Below, piece by piece: positions 26,675 through 38,494 of a DNA stretch of 64,000 nt. Below the pieces are notes generated by a model that was not told the DNA's origin, searched no databases, and saw nothing but the letters and a program-made list of their open reading frames with translations. Every line of letters starts with the position of its first letter. Position 1 is the stretch's first letter. The position numbers and the translations under genes are program-made. The stretch is from Mobula hypostoma (lineage: Eukaryota). Where the stretch lies: NCBI RefSeq assembly GCF_963921235.1, contig NC_086097.1, positions 206,834,001 to 206,898,000 on the forward strand, given 5' to 3'.

Positions 26675-27278
26675 GCATTAAATGTTGGCATTTATTTCAA
26701 GGGAAATAGAATATAAAAGCAAGGAGATAATGCTGAGCCTTTATAAGACACTAGTCAGGTCACACTTGGGCCCATACCTCAGAAAAGATGTGTCGTCATT
26801 GTAGAGAGTCCAGAGGAGGTTCATGAGGATGATTCCAAGAATGATGGTGTTAATATTTGAGAAGCGTTTGGTCCTGTACTCACTGGAATTTAGAAGAATG
26901 CAGGAGGGATCTTATTGAAACCTTCTGAATGTTGAAAGGACTAGATAAGCTGGATCTGGAGAGGATGTGTCCTCTGGTGTGGGGGTCTAGAACTAGAGGA
27001 CACAGTCTCAAACTTGAGTGTCGACCCTTTAGAACAGAGATAAAGAGGGATTTTTTTTTTTAGCCAGAGAGTAGTGAATCTGTGGAATGCTCTGCCACAG
27101 ACAGCTGTCGAGGCCAAGTCTGTGCATATATTTAAGGTGGAAGTTGATCATTTCCTGATCAGTTAGGGCATCAAAGGATATGGCAAAAAGGCAGGTGTGT
27201 GGGGTTGAGTGGGATCTGGAATCAACCATGATGGAATGGCCTAATTCTGCTCCTATGTCTTGTGGTCTAATGGTCTAA
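26675..27278 (+). mobile_element. CR1 LINE 3' fragment
   Basis: Homologous to the 3' ends of the other CR1 copies, with tail tggtctaatggtctaa. Confidence 0.85.
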
Positions 27279-27852
27279 ACCACAGAGCAGTGAAAGTGGG
27301 ACTCAATATCTCCCATTGAAGAGAAGAGGAAGTCTTCCTCAATGTGTGCATATTTGGAGAGACAACAGTGAAGTAATAAAATAGAAGTGCAGGAGCAAAG
27401 AAAAAAAACAAACTGCTGGAGGACCTCGGCAGATCAGGCAGCATCTGTGGGGACAGGGAGATGGTCAATAGTTCAGAATGAGACCCTATTTGAAAAATTA
27501 TTTTTAATCCATACTTTTTCAATGACAGACTTGTAAGATTATGTTGTGATCATGTTGTCTAATTTCACACATTTACTAGCACTGATCTGATCATTCTAAC
27601 TTGCACTTCAATTTTTATGCTCTTGGATTTTTTTTTAAACCTGACATACTTCTGCTCTACCCTACTGTCAAAGTTAAACAATGAAAGCTAATTTAAACAC
27701 GTACTCGGGGTGCCCGTGTGCATGCGTATGGATTAGTCATGTTTGGTCAGTGCTCCTCTCCGAGGCCTTGATAAAATTATTATTATACCATGTTTTATTC
27801 ATTCATAGACCAACAGTGCATGTCTAAACTAAGTGTCTGGAAAAGTTTGACA

Positions 27853-28720
27853 ATGCCGAAGGCAAATAAAGCCAAGACTGCCAACTGCCAAACTACCGGA
27901 GTTAGTGCTAACAACAGGTCTGTAAATAACTTCTCCGTGTCTCAGACGCCGCCGGATCAAACTTACACCATGTGCAAGGAATTAGGTCAGGAGATTTCTC
28001 AGTCAGTTCTGCACGGCACTAATGACCGCTTTGAAGTTTCTGAGACCAAGTTTCAGACGCTTGTGGCCTCACAGGCTGATTTACAAGCCCACTTGGCTAA
28101 TCAAGAACTAACCGCTAGCGACCTTGAAGCACGCGTGCAAGAGCTTGAAGCTAAGTATTCAGAGAAAATGAGACAAAATAGCCAGCTTGAAGCTAAAGTG
28201 CTTGAGTTAGAGGCTCGTTCCCAGAGACATAACATTAAGATTGTAGGGATACAAGAGGGTGAGTAGGATGGTAAACCTACTGAATTTGTTTCCAGACTGA
28301 TTCCCAAGTTGCTCGGGGAAGAGCATTTCCCGTACCTGGTTAAAGTCGATCGTGCACATCACTCTCTCCAGCCGGAGCCGGCTGCCGGCGCTAAGCTGCG
28401 CACCATCTTGGCACTTATCGATCACTTCCAAGTGAAAGAGCTGATTCTGCACCGCAGCAGACTACGACCCATGGAGTACAAGTGAAATAAGGTCTTGATC
28501 TTCCCGGACTATACTAATGAGGTGATGACTCAATGTTGTGCTTTTTGTGATGTACTGCAAACTCTGCGTGCTGGAGGAATCAAGCACACCCTGCGGTATC
28601 TGGCTAGGCTCTATATTTATCATCAGGATGGAACAGCGCCTATAGTATACGACGACCCAATGCAAGCAACACAATTCTTGGAAATGAATAACGCATGCAA
28701 AGGGAGTAGATATATTGACA
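27853..28720 (+). pseudogene. L1 ORF1p (coiled coil, RRM, CTD) with premature stops
   Basis: LEARSQRHNIKIVGIQEG, VDRAH and IFPDYTNEV motifs. Confidence 0.9.
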
Positions 28721-29730
28721 CTGTTTATTCATCTTATATTTGTGCCGGTTTGCATGTTGGGATAAGGGAAGGAACCTGCTTGTTATATGTAGTTTTACAA
28801 TGCTGTATTCCACACTGGGATTTAATTCCAGAGAATGTTCTAAATATGTTGGTTATTAATTTTGAGTTGGTGTCATGAATGTCCAACTTCACGTGCGGAC
28901 ATTGGATAACTCTCCCCAGCCCTAATAGCATTTGTTTAATGGTATTATATAGTTTGTGTTACAATTTTTCTCAGAGAAGGGGTTTGTGATAACTATGTAA
29001 TGTTAGTTACCTGCCCAGCAGCTCTTTTGGGATGGAGATGGGGAACTATGTGTCTGGTTCAGGGAGACACGAGGGGGGAATGGGTTAGGGTGTATGTTGT
29101 TCTTGCTTATGGCTCAGACATGTTTATTTTTGTGTATGTTGTGTTTTTATGAGGTTGCCATTTATTTTGCATTGTTTACTATGTTGTGCTCAACTCTAAT
29201 AATCTTTTCATTCTCATATGCAGAGGCCTTGTAGTAGAACGCAGGTGGGGGGGTAAAGATATTACAATAGTCTCGTGGAATGTTAAGGGGCTTGGTCATG
29301 TTGTTAAGAGGGAAGAAGTTTTTAGACATCTCAAATCTCTATCTGCAGATGTAATTTTTCTACAGGAAACCCATATCAAAGTAACTGAGCAACACAGATT
29401 GAGATCGAGCTGGATGTCGCAGGTCTACCACTCACTACTTACTTCTCATGCCCGTGGTGTGGCTATCCTCTCAGGAAAAATATTCCATTTCAACTCACTT
29501 CCATGACCACACATCCTCTCGGCAGGTTTATCATGACCTCTGGCACCATTAATTCATTTCCGCTAACCTTCCTTAATATTTACCATCCAAACACAGACGA
29601 CCCAAATTTTTTTAGGAAAGTTTTTGATTTACTTCTGAATGCCAGTAGTTCAAATATAACAATCGGTGGTGACTTGAATTGCTACCTGGATCCATATTTA
29701 GATAGATTGTCCTCCTGCCTGCCCTCAAAT

Positions 29731-30924
29731 TGTCATAAGGGGGCAAATGGGAGTGGACCCAAATGCAAGACACAGACACTGAAGTACAAGGAACAGGACT
29801 AGGTTAGTCAAGAAAGCAAGGGAAGTGGGGAAGAAAGGACGCTGGACATGACAAAGGCCCTGGACAAGACAAGGATACAGGGCCTGGGCTAGGACTTGAC
29901 TAGGAAAGCGGAACCAGCACATGGAACATGGAACTTGGAACTAGGAGCCTGGGCTAGGACTCCGAGCCAGAGACTGGGCAAGGACCCAATACCTGGGACT
30001 TGACTCGGGCTCAGACTCCAGAACTAGGCGAGGACAAGATGTGGCTACAGGACTGGATGTGAGACTCCTGGATGGGAAAAGGGAACCCCAGCACAGGATG
30101 AAGGAACCCCAGTACCAGGCTGGGCAACATACTCCTGGGCTGGGTGAGACACATGGACAAGACGAGAACACAAAGTCATGGATAGGACAGGACAAGGTTC
30201 TTGGATCATGGGTAGGACTGGACGAGACCCCGAAGCCTTGACTAGGTCTAGGGAGAGACAGGAACGCAGAGCCTTGGTCGAGGGAGAGACAGGAACATGG
30301 AACACAGAGCCAGGACCCCTCCTTGGAAACAGGATGTAGGGCCGGGGCTCATACACAGAGCACAGAGCCAGGACCCCTTCTTGGGAACAGAACTTGGGGC
30401 CGGGGCTCTACAGAGAGTCAGGACCCCTCCTAGGGAGCAGGACATAGGGCCAGGACTCATTACACAGAATGCAGAATATGACAAGACAGATCCCAACACA
30501 AGGCAGCAGCAAACAGCCCGATCTACCTAGCAAAGGCGTGGACACAGTCAGTTTCCAACACTAGGTAGCGGCAAACAGCCAGACCTACCTAGTGAAGGCA
30601 TGGACATAGAGACCATTCAAAGCAACAATAGACAGTTCCTTATCTTGCTCCAGTGATTGAACTTGACAGCAGTGCAGGCAAGGCGAGGCGAGGTGAGGTG
30701 AGGTGAGGTGAGGCAAGGCATCAGAAGGCAGGGGAGGAGAAGGGATTCAGACAGGAGGTTTGGACAGGAACAATCTAGCAGCCAGAGACTGAATCCTGAA
30801 GCTATTTATGAAGCCAGCACAAACGAGAATCAGCTGCCTCAAAAGAAACTGGGGAAAACAGGAAAACCTGGAATAAGGAACCTGGACCGGACTGTGAACC
30901 GATTTCACGGACCGGACAATGACA
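29731..30924 (-). mobile_element. Solo LTR or non-autonomous LTR element (1194 bp) inside the L1 endonuclease
   Basis: Termini TGTCAT...ATGACA and 5-bp TSD caaat (29726-29730, 30925-30929). The L1 frame rejoins as LSSCLPSN|TVSVHVLNN. A TATA-like ATAAATA on - at 30809-30803 suggests the orientation. Internal 50-58 bp repeats at 30303-30468. Confidence 0.85.
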
Positions 30925-32111
30925 CAAATACAGTGTCAGTGCACGTCCTAAATAATTTGATTAAATCTAGGAATTTAGTAGATATCTGGCGAGTTCAATG
31001 TCCCACCGACAAGGACTATTCTTATTATTCTCATATTCACAAATCTTATAGTAGAATAGACTATTTTTTGGTTGACTCTCATTTAATTTCTCGTGTTACC
31101 AATACAAAATATCATAATATATTAATTTCTGACCATAGCCCCTTGATAATGTCCCTAAATCTCTCCCTCCCCAAACGAATCTATTCCTGCTGTTTTAACC
31201 CCTCCCTACTCACTGATAAGAAAATTATAGAAAATATCACCACCAGATTAAAAGATTTTATAGAAATTAATGATAACGGCGAGGTGTCAGATCCCACACT
31301 CTGGGAGACACTAGAAGTTGTAATTCATGGGTATATAATTTCATATGAATCCGCTGCTAAGAGGAAGAGAGAAGGCTGATTATTAGAGATTGAGAATACT
31401 CTCCTAACCCTCGAAGCGACATATCAGGCTTCGAAAACCTCTGAAAATTATAATAAGATAATGAAGCTTAAATATGAGTACAATTGTATCTTGGGTAGTC
31501 AAATAAATAACCTCCTCTTAAAATTAAGACAAAAGCATTTCATAATGGGGGACAAGCCTTGGGGGCGCCTGGTGCAGCAGCTTAGGGGCGCCCAGGCCTT
31601 AAGGTCAATTCATTGCATTAGATCGAGGGTGTGTACCCTGTTAAACTAACCCCAAGAAGGTAAATAACTGTTTTAAAGAATTTTACAGTGAACTCTACAG
31701 CTCTAAATGCAAAGTCACTCAATCTGATTTGAATGACTTCTTTGATTCTCTTGTAATGCTGAAACTTAGTGAACGTTGGAAGAAATAACTTCTGCCATTA
31801 AGTCATTTCCATCTGGCAAGGCAGCTGGGCCAGATGGATTTGGCTGTGAATTTTATAAGGAATTTTGTGATATCCTTGTCCCACTTCTCCTCAGAATGAT
31901 ATCTTGCTCGAAGAGAGATAAAGCCTTGCCTAGAACATTGTATGAGGCTAACATTTCCCTCATTTTAAAGAAAGGTAAAGAGGAAACAGACCCGGCCAGC
32001 TATAGGCCCATTGCTTTCCAGAATTTCAATAGAAAGGTAATTACTAAAATGCTGGCTAACCGACTAAATAAGCATTTGTCATCTATCATTCATCCTGATC
32101 AGACAGGATTT

Positions 32112-33914
32112 ATAAACACAAAATATTCTGCAGATGCTGGGGTCAAAGCAACACTCACAACACACTGGAGGAACTCAGCAGGTCGGGCAGCATCCATGGA
32201 AAAGAACAGTCAACGTTTCAGGACTGAAGAGGGAAGGGGCAGAGGCCCTATAAAGAAGGTGGGGGGAGGGTTGGAAGGAGAAGGCTGGTAGGTTCCAGGT
32301 GAAAAACCAGTAAGGAGAAAGATAAAGGGGTGGGGGAGAGGAAGCAGGGAGGTGATAGGTAGGAAAGGTGAAGAAGGAATAGGGGAAAACACAATGGGCA
32401 GCAGAAGGAAGAGGAACCATGAGGGAGGTGATAGGCAGCTGGGGGAAGGGGCAGAGTGAAATAGGGATAGGGTAAGGGAGGGGGAGGGAATTACTGGAAG
32501 TTGGAGAATTCTATGTTCATACCAAGGGCTGGAGACTACCTAGACGTTTTATGAGGTGTTGCTCCTCCAACCTGAGTTTAGCCTCATCATGGCAGTAGAG
32601 GAGGCCATGTATGGACATATCCAAATGGAAATGTGAAGCAGAGTTGAAGTGGGTGGCAACCGAGAGATCCTGTCTGTTGTGGCGAACGGAGCGGAGGTGC
32701 TCGACGAAGCGGTCCCCCAATCTGCGTCGGGTTTCACTGATGTAGAGGAGGCCGCACCGGGAGCACCGGATGCAATAGATGACCCCAACAGGCTCACAAT
32801 TGAAGTGTTGCCTCACCTGGAAGGACTGTTTGGGGCCCTGAATTGTGGCAAGAGAGGAGGTGTAGGGACAGGTGTAGCACTTATGCATACAGGGATAAGT
32901 GCTGGGTGGGAGATCCATGAGGAGGGACGCGTGGATCAGGGAGTCGCGGAGGGGTCGATCCCTGCGGAAAGCAGAGAGTGGTGGCGAGGTCAAGATGTGC
33001 TTAGTGGTGGGGTCCTGTTGAAGGTGGCGGAAGTTGCGGAGGATAATGTGCTGGATCTGGAGGCTGGTGGGGAGGTAGGTGAGGACCAGGGGAACTCTAT
33101 CCCTATTGTGGTGGCGGGAGGATGGGGTGAGGGCCGAAGTGCGGGAAATGGAGGAGCTGCAGGTGAGGGCATCATTGAGGACAGCAGAAGGGAAACCATG
33201 ATCCTTAAAGAAAGAGGGCATTTGAGATGTCCTGGAATGGAAAGCCTCATCTTGGGAGCAGATGCGGCAGAGATGGAGGAACTGGGAATAGGGAATGGCA
33301 TTTTTGCATGTGGCAGGGTGGGAAGAGGTATGTTCGAGGTAGTTATGGGAGTCAGTGAGCTTGTAGAAGAAGTCAGTGGACAGTCTGTCTCCAGAGGTGG
33401 AGACCGAGAGATCGAGAAAGGGGAGAGAAGTGTCCGAGATAGACCAAGTGAATTTGAGGGCTGGGTGGAAGTTTGAAGTAAATTTGATGAAATTGACAAG
33501 CTCAGCATGGGTGCAGGAAGCAGCACCAATGTAGTTGTCAATGTAGCGAAGGAAAAGTTGGGGAGCAGTACCAGAATAGGTTTCGAGCACAGACTGTTCC
33601 ACATAACCAGCAAAGAGGCAGGCATAGCTGGGGCCCATGCGAGTGCCCATAGCTACACTCTTGGTCTGAAGAAAGTGGGAAGAGCCAGTAGAGAAGTTAT
33701 TAAGTGTGAGAACCAGTTCCACCAACCAGAGGAGGGTAGTAGTGGTGGGGAACTGGTGAGGTCTATTGTCCAGAAAGTAGCTGAGGGCATTGACACCTTC
33801 TAGATGGGGAATGGAGGTGTATAAGGGTTGGACATCCATAGTGAAAATGAAGCGGTCGGGACTGGGGAACTGGAAGTTATTGAAGAGGTGGAGGGCATGG
33901 GATGAGCGGAGAGC
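32112..33914 (-). mobile_element. Penelope-like element (5'-truncated; RT plus GIY-YIG) inserted in L1 ORF2
   Basis: FTMDVQPLYTSIP, AMGTRMGPSYA, RYIDN (YIDD mutated), GVIYCIRCSRCGLLYISETRRRL. 'ttt' is duplicated and the L1 rejoins as QTGF|VPGR. Confidence 0.95.
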
Positions 33915-36292
33915 TTTGTCCCGGGTAGGTTCTCTTTTTCCAGTGTCAGATGCCTCCTTAATACTATGTATGCTGATCATGGGAAAGCTAGTGGAGCAGC
34001 AATTTTATCCCTTGATGCACAGAAGGCTTTTGACCGGATTGAGTGGCCTTACATGTTTGAGTCACTGTACAGGTTTGGGTTCGGTGAGTCATTTATATCC
34101 TGGGTAAAACTGATACACACCAGCCCAATATGTTCTATTATAACCATTGGTGACAATGCAACTATGTTTCTCCTACACCGTTCAGTTCAGCAGGGTTGCC
34201 CTCTCTTGCCAACCCTTTTTGCCATCGCGATAGAGCCCTTACCCTAAAAATAAGAAGTCACCCAAATATTGTGGGTTTGAAAGTGGGAGGTATTGAAACA
34301 CTTAATAGTTCATATGCCGACGATATGATACTCTACTTACAAAACTCAGAAAAGTCAGTCCCCCTTCTTCTAGATTTAATCACCTCTTTTGGCAGACTAT
34401 TGGGATACTCAATCAATTGGACAAAAAGTGATTTTGTGCCCCTCTCCAATGTCTACACATGGGGTATTTTGGAAAGTGTCCCATTCAAAGTAGTTAAAGA
34501 TCACTTTACTTATCCTGACTTGGCAATTCCCAAAGAACCTAAATTAATATTTAAATTAAACTCTGCGGAGTTTATTTCAAAGCTTAAACAGAATATAGAA
34601 AGTTATAAAACCCTACCTCTGTCCATGATTGGTCATATAAATTCAATTAAAATGGTTTCTCTTCCGAGGTTTCTCTATCTTTGTCAAAATCTCCCCATTT
34701 TTCTTACATCAGCCTTCTTTAAAGAGTTGGACTCCATAATTTTGTCTTATATCTGAAATTATAAGAATCACAGGATTTCAAAAATTCATTTGCAAAACCC
34801 AAGTCTGAAGGAGGACTGGGATTACCTGTACTCAGACACTATTATTGGGCTGTTAATGCTGGGGCTTTAATGTTTTGGCAACAGGGGGCTCCGGATAACC
34901 TAGCCCCTGGGGCTCCCTCGTGGCTATTTATGGAGTCTAACTCTGTTGTCAATTCCTCCTTGCCAGCCATGCTGTTCTCTAAGTTAGAAAAGCCTGGGAC
35001 TGAGTTTGAGTTTTGTCTTGAAAAATTCCGTCAGAATTCTAAATCAAATTAGGAGCATTCTGAATTTACCAGAGGCCTCTGTACAAACACCAATCTGTTT
35101 CAATCACTCCTTTCCACCCTCATGGTCAGATAGAACCTACCATGCTTGGAGGGAGAAGGGTCTAGTTTCTATTGAAGACCTGTACATAGAGGGACGGTTT
35201 GCAATATTTAGTCTGCTGAAGGAGAAATTTGAGCTGCCTCATTCGCACTTTTTCCGTTACTTACAAATTAGACACTACATTCAATCTAAGATTTGGAATT
35301 TTGAAATCCTTCCAGGGAAACATATGTTTTTTTGATTTTTTAAAGAACCCTCCTGACTCCAGGCATCTCGTTTCTAAGTTTGTACGTTTGTTCGATGATT
35401 GCACTGTATCATCTACTGTGAAGATTGGAGACGGCTGGAGAGAGGAGTTGGACATTGAATTATCTGAAGCTGCCTGGGACAAGAGTTTGTCTATGACACA
35501 GACCCGCTCTGTTAACAGCAGACACCAACTGATCCAGTTTAAAGTTGTCCACCGTCTCCACTACTCTAAACTTAGATTGCACAGGATTTACCCTTCTGTC
35601 TCACCAATGTGTGATAGATGCCAAGGGACGGAGGCCACGTTGTCACACACCTTTTGGTTTTGCCCATTACTGACTGGATTTTGGCCAAAATATTTGACTG
35701 GTACTCAAAGGCCTATAAAAGATCCTTCCCCTTGGAAGCTGGTCTCGCCATCTTTAGCTGTTTACAATCTACTATTTGCTTCTCTACAGCCATACAACAG
35801 TCTCTGATGCTGGGGATGATTGTCACCGAAAGACTTATCTCGAGAGAATGGAAATCACCCTCTCCCCCTTCCTTTTGGAGATGGATGGCTGACATGATCT
35901 CAGTCATACAGATGGAGAAACTTAGGTTCTTGAGAACCAATTCAATTAAAAAGTTTTCGGCTATCTGGGATCCATTTCTTGCCTACCTGGACAAGGCCGG
36001 GAGCGGATGAACAATTTCCCCCTCAGCTGATTTCTCATGGCCCTCATTTGAGACTTAAGGTTTAGTATTTTTGAGCACTTTGTATAATGGGCATCCCTCT
36101 AATGTTATTTTCCTTTTTTTTTGCTTATTTCATTTTTAATCATATCTGAGCTGGTATGTTCTTGTTGATTTCATTGTATTTTTTTTTAAATTTTGAAAAT
36201 AAAGTATTAAAAAAACATGTACTCAGGTTGCCTAATCTTCTCAGTTGCATCTAGTTGTGATTTTGGGGCACACCCATCAACTCTCACCTACA

Positions 36293-37430
36293 AGTTTGAA
36301 GTTCAAAGTAATTGTCGAGTTGCTGAGCAGCACGGCTAGAAGGGCTGGAAGAGCCTACTCCATGCTGTATCTCAATAAATAAATAAATGTTATTATCAAA
36401 GTATGTATATGTTACCATAAACTTACCCTGAGTTTCATTTTCTTGTGAGCATTCACATTAGAACAAAGCAATACAATAGAATCAATAAAAACTACACGCA
36501 AAGACTGACAAACGACAGTTATGCAAAAGAAGACAGAACTATGCAAATACATAAAAAGTAAATAAATAATATTGACATCATGCATTGTAAAGTCCTTGAA
36601 AACAAGTCCGTAAGTTGTGGAACAGATTCGGTGCTAATATGAGTAAAGTTATCTACATTTGTTCAGGAGCCTGATGGTTGAAAGACAACTGTTCCTGAAC
36701 CTGTGACGTGTCACCTAAGGTTTCTGTACCTCCTTCCAGATGGCTACAAGAGACAAGGCCATGGCCTAGATAGTGGGGTTCTTGTTGATGAATGCTGCTT
36801 TCTTGTGACAGTGCTCCTTGGAGACTTGCTTAATAGTGGGTGGGCTTTTGTTGTGATAGATTGTGCTGTATCCTTTACTTCTTGTAGGCTTTTTTTTTGC
36901 TTTTTTTTGCCAGGCTGAGATACAACCAGTCAAAATACTATAGGTGCACTGTGGAGAAGTTTGTCTAAGTTTTAGATGATATGCCAAATCTTCACAAACT
37001 TCTAAGAAAGTAGAGGAGTTGCCATGCCTTCTTTGTAGGCACTTTCAAGCTGGTCCTCCGAGATGTTAATGTCAAGGAATTTAAAGTTACTGACCCTCTC
37101 CACCTCCAATCCCCTAATGAGGAATGACTCACAGACATCTAGGTTCTTCCTCCTGTCATCAATAATCAGCTCTTTGATCTTGCTGATGTTGAGTGAAAGG
37201 TTGTCATTGTGGCATCATTCAACTAGATTTTCAATCTCCCTCCTATATGCTAGTTCATCACCACCTTTGATTCTACCTGCAACAGTGGTGTTGTCAGAAA
37301 ACTTAAGTATAGCATTGGAGCTGTACTTGGCCTCACAGTCAAAAGTATAAAGCGAATAGAGCAGAAGGCTACACCCACAGCCTTGTGTTGCATCCATGCT
37401 GATGGTGATTGTGGAGAGATGTTGCCACGT
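36293..37430 (-). mobile_element. Rex1/Babar LINE 3' part
   Basis: LLYSLYTFDC..KFSDNTTVAG and SILTGCISAW motifs, with a ttgaac-type tail. Confidence 0.8.
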
Positions 37431-38030
37431 GAAAACTGAAATACACTGATATAATTTTTTTTGCTGTAATTGGAATGGAAAGTCAGCAACCACATTTTTA
37501 ATGAGGAAGATAAATCACTCATGGAAACATATTGTTATAAGAAACAAACTGTCCACTTTTGCATCATGCAAGCTGCCATTTTTAGAATGCTGTTTTGTCA
37601 ATAAGCTTGTGATCTGCGATGAGAACAGAGATATCTTAATAAGAACTGAAAAATTTCTCCACATTATTATTAATTCCCAGCATTTTTTCTCTTTGCATGC
37701 ACAATTATATTCACTTTTGTTAAAAACAAATTTCTCATTGCGAGCACAGTCATTGGTTGTTCTTGTGTATTGCCCGTTGGATTGTGAAAACAACATCTAT
37801 CTTGTAGTTTTTAAAATAGTTTGCTAGTGCTGGATCTGACTGTTTAATTATCATTTTCTTCCAACAATTAGTTATCTCATGTATTTTATCTAATTACCAA
37901 TCTATAAGTAACTGCTTGTGATGTTTCCCAGTGGCTATTGTATGCATAACAGTTTAATATGCCTCTAGTGGCTACACTTGAATTTTATGAGCAGTAGCTT
38001 GATGATGGTTGGGGATTTCCTGCTGACCAG

Positions 38031-38106
38031 AATCAACTCTACCAGCAAAGCAACTTCAGAATTGTCTTGAAGATCCTCTTGACGCTGTTGTTGTGTGATA
38101 CATTTT
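38031..38106 (+). CDS. Candidate exon F (phase 0 to 1)
   Basis: Acceptor atttcctgctgaccAG, frame NQLYQQSNFRIVLKILLTLLLCDTF, consensus donor |gtgagt at 38107. Confidence 0.4.
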
Positions 38107-38494
38107 GTGAGTTTGACCATGGTTTTCTTAGCAAATAGATTCTGGGAAACCTAGTATCTAGCAACGGTGGTTTGCTATTGCCTACCAGTAGGCAAACTAA
38201 AGAAATCGCCATTTCTTTTCCCAAATGTTCCTCCGCCTGTACTATAGCCATTGACATTTGTGGTCCTAGCTCATCCGCCTTCTCCGTCATAAGTTCAGTT
38301 ACTGAACCTGCCGGATCTGCCGTTGGCCTTCGCTCGTATCCTGAGCAGGAACCCTTGCAGGTGCTACCATTCCGGGTCAGAGCAGCCCTGGGAGCAATGA
38401 ATGACTAAGGGGTAGCTCTACTTTCCCCAAAGCTCTGAAAATCCCCAATCAGAGCCTCATACTGGTTGCAGTTTAGAGTCATACCCAGGACAAA

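Larger units (their letters stand above)
29250..36010 (+). pseudogene. L1 ORF2p (EN, RT, Cys-rich C-terminus), disrupted and interrupted
   Basis: SWNVKGL, LQETH, GGDLN, SRIDYF, SDH; GPDGF, YRPIA, LDAQKAFDRIEW, QGCPL, YADD; CDRC..SHTFWFC. Confidence 0.92.
27707..36212 (+). mobile_element. Full-length L1-clade LINE (about 5.5 kb net) carrying two later insertions
   Basis: TSD aaaca(c/t)gtactc at 27695-27706 and 36213-36224. G-rich start, ORF1, spacer, ORF2, AATAAA at 36198 and an A tail. Confidence 0.92.

Noticed and set aside
30303..30468. Spaced repeats as a CRISPR-like array
   Set aside because: These are degenerate tandem units inside an LTR, with no unique spacers and no cas genes.
32649..33803. 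275-aa, 211-aa and 98-aa ORFs
   Set aside because: Antisense or alternative-frame shadows of the Penelope ORF
30708..33980. Apparent fusion ORFs (30708-31379, 31776-32291, N-terminus of 32517-33980; also 51789-52475)
   Set aside because: Chance read-through across TE insertion junctions
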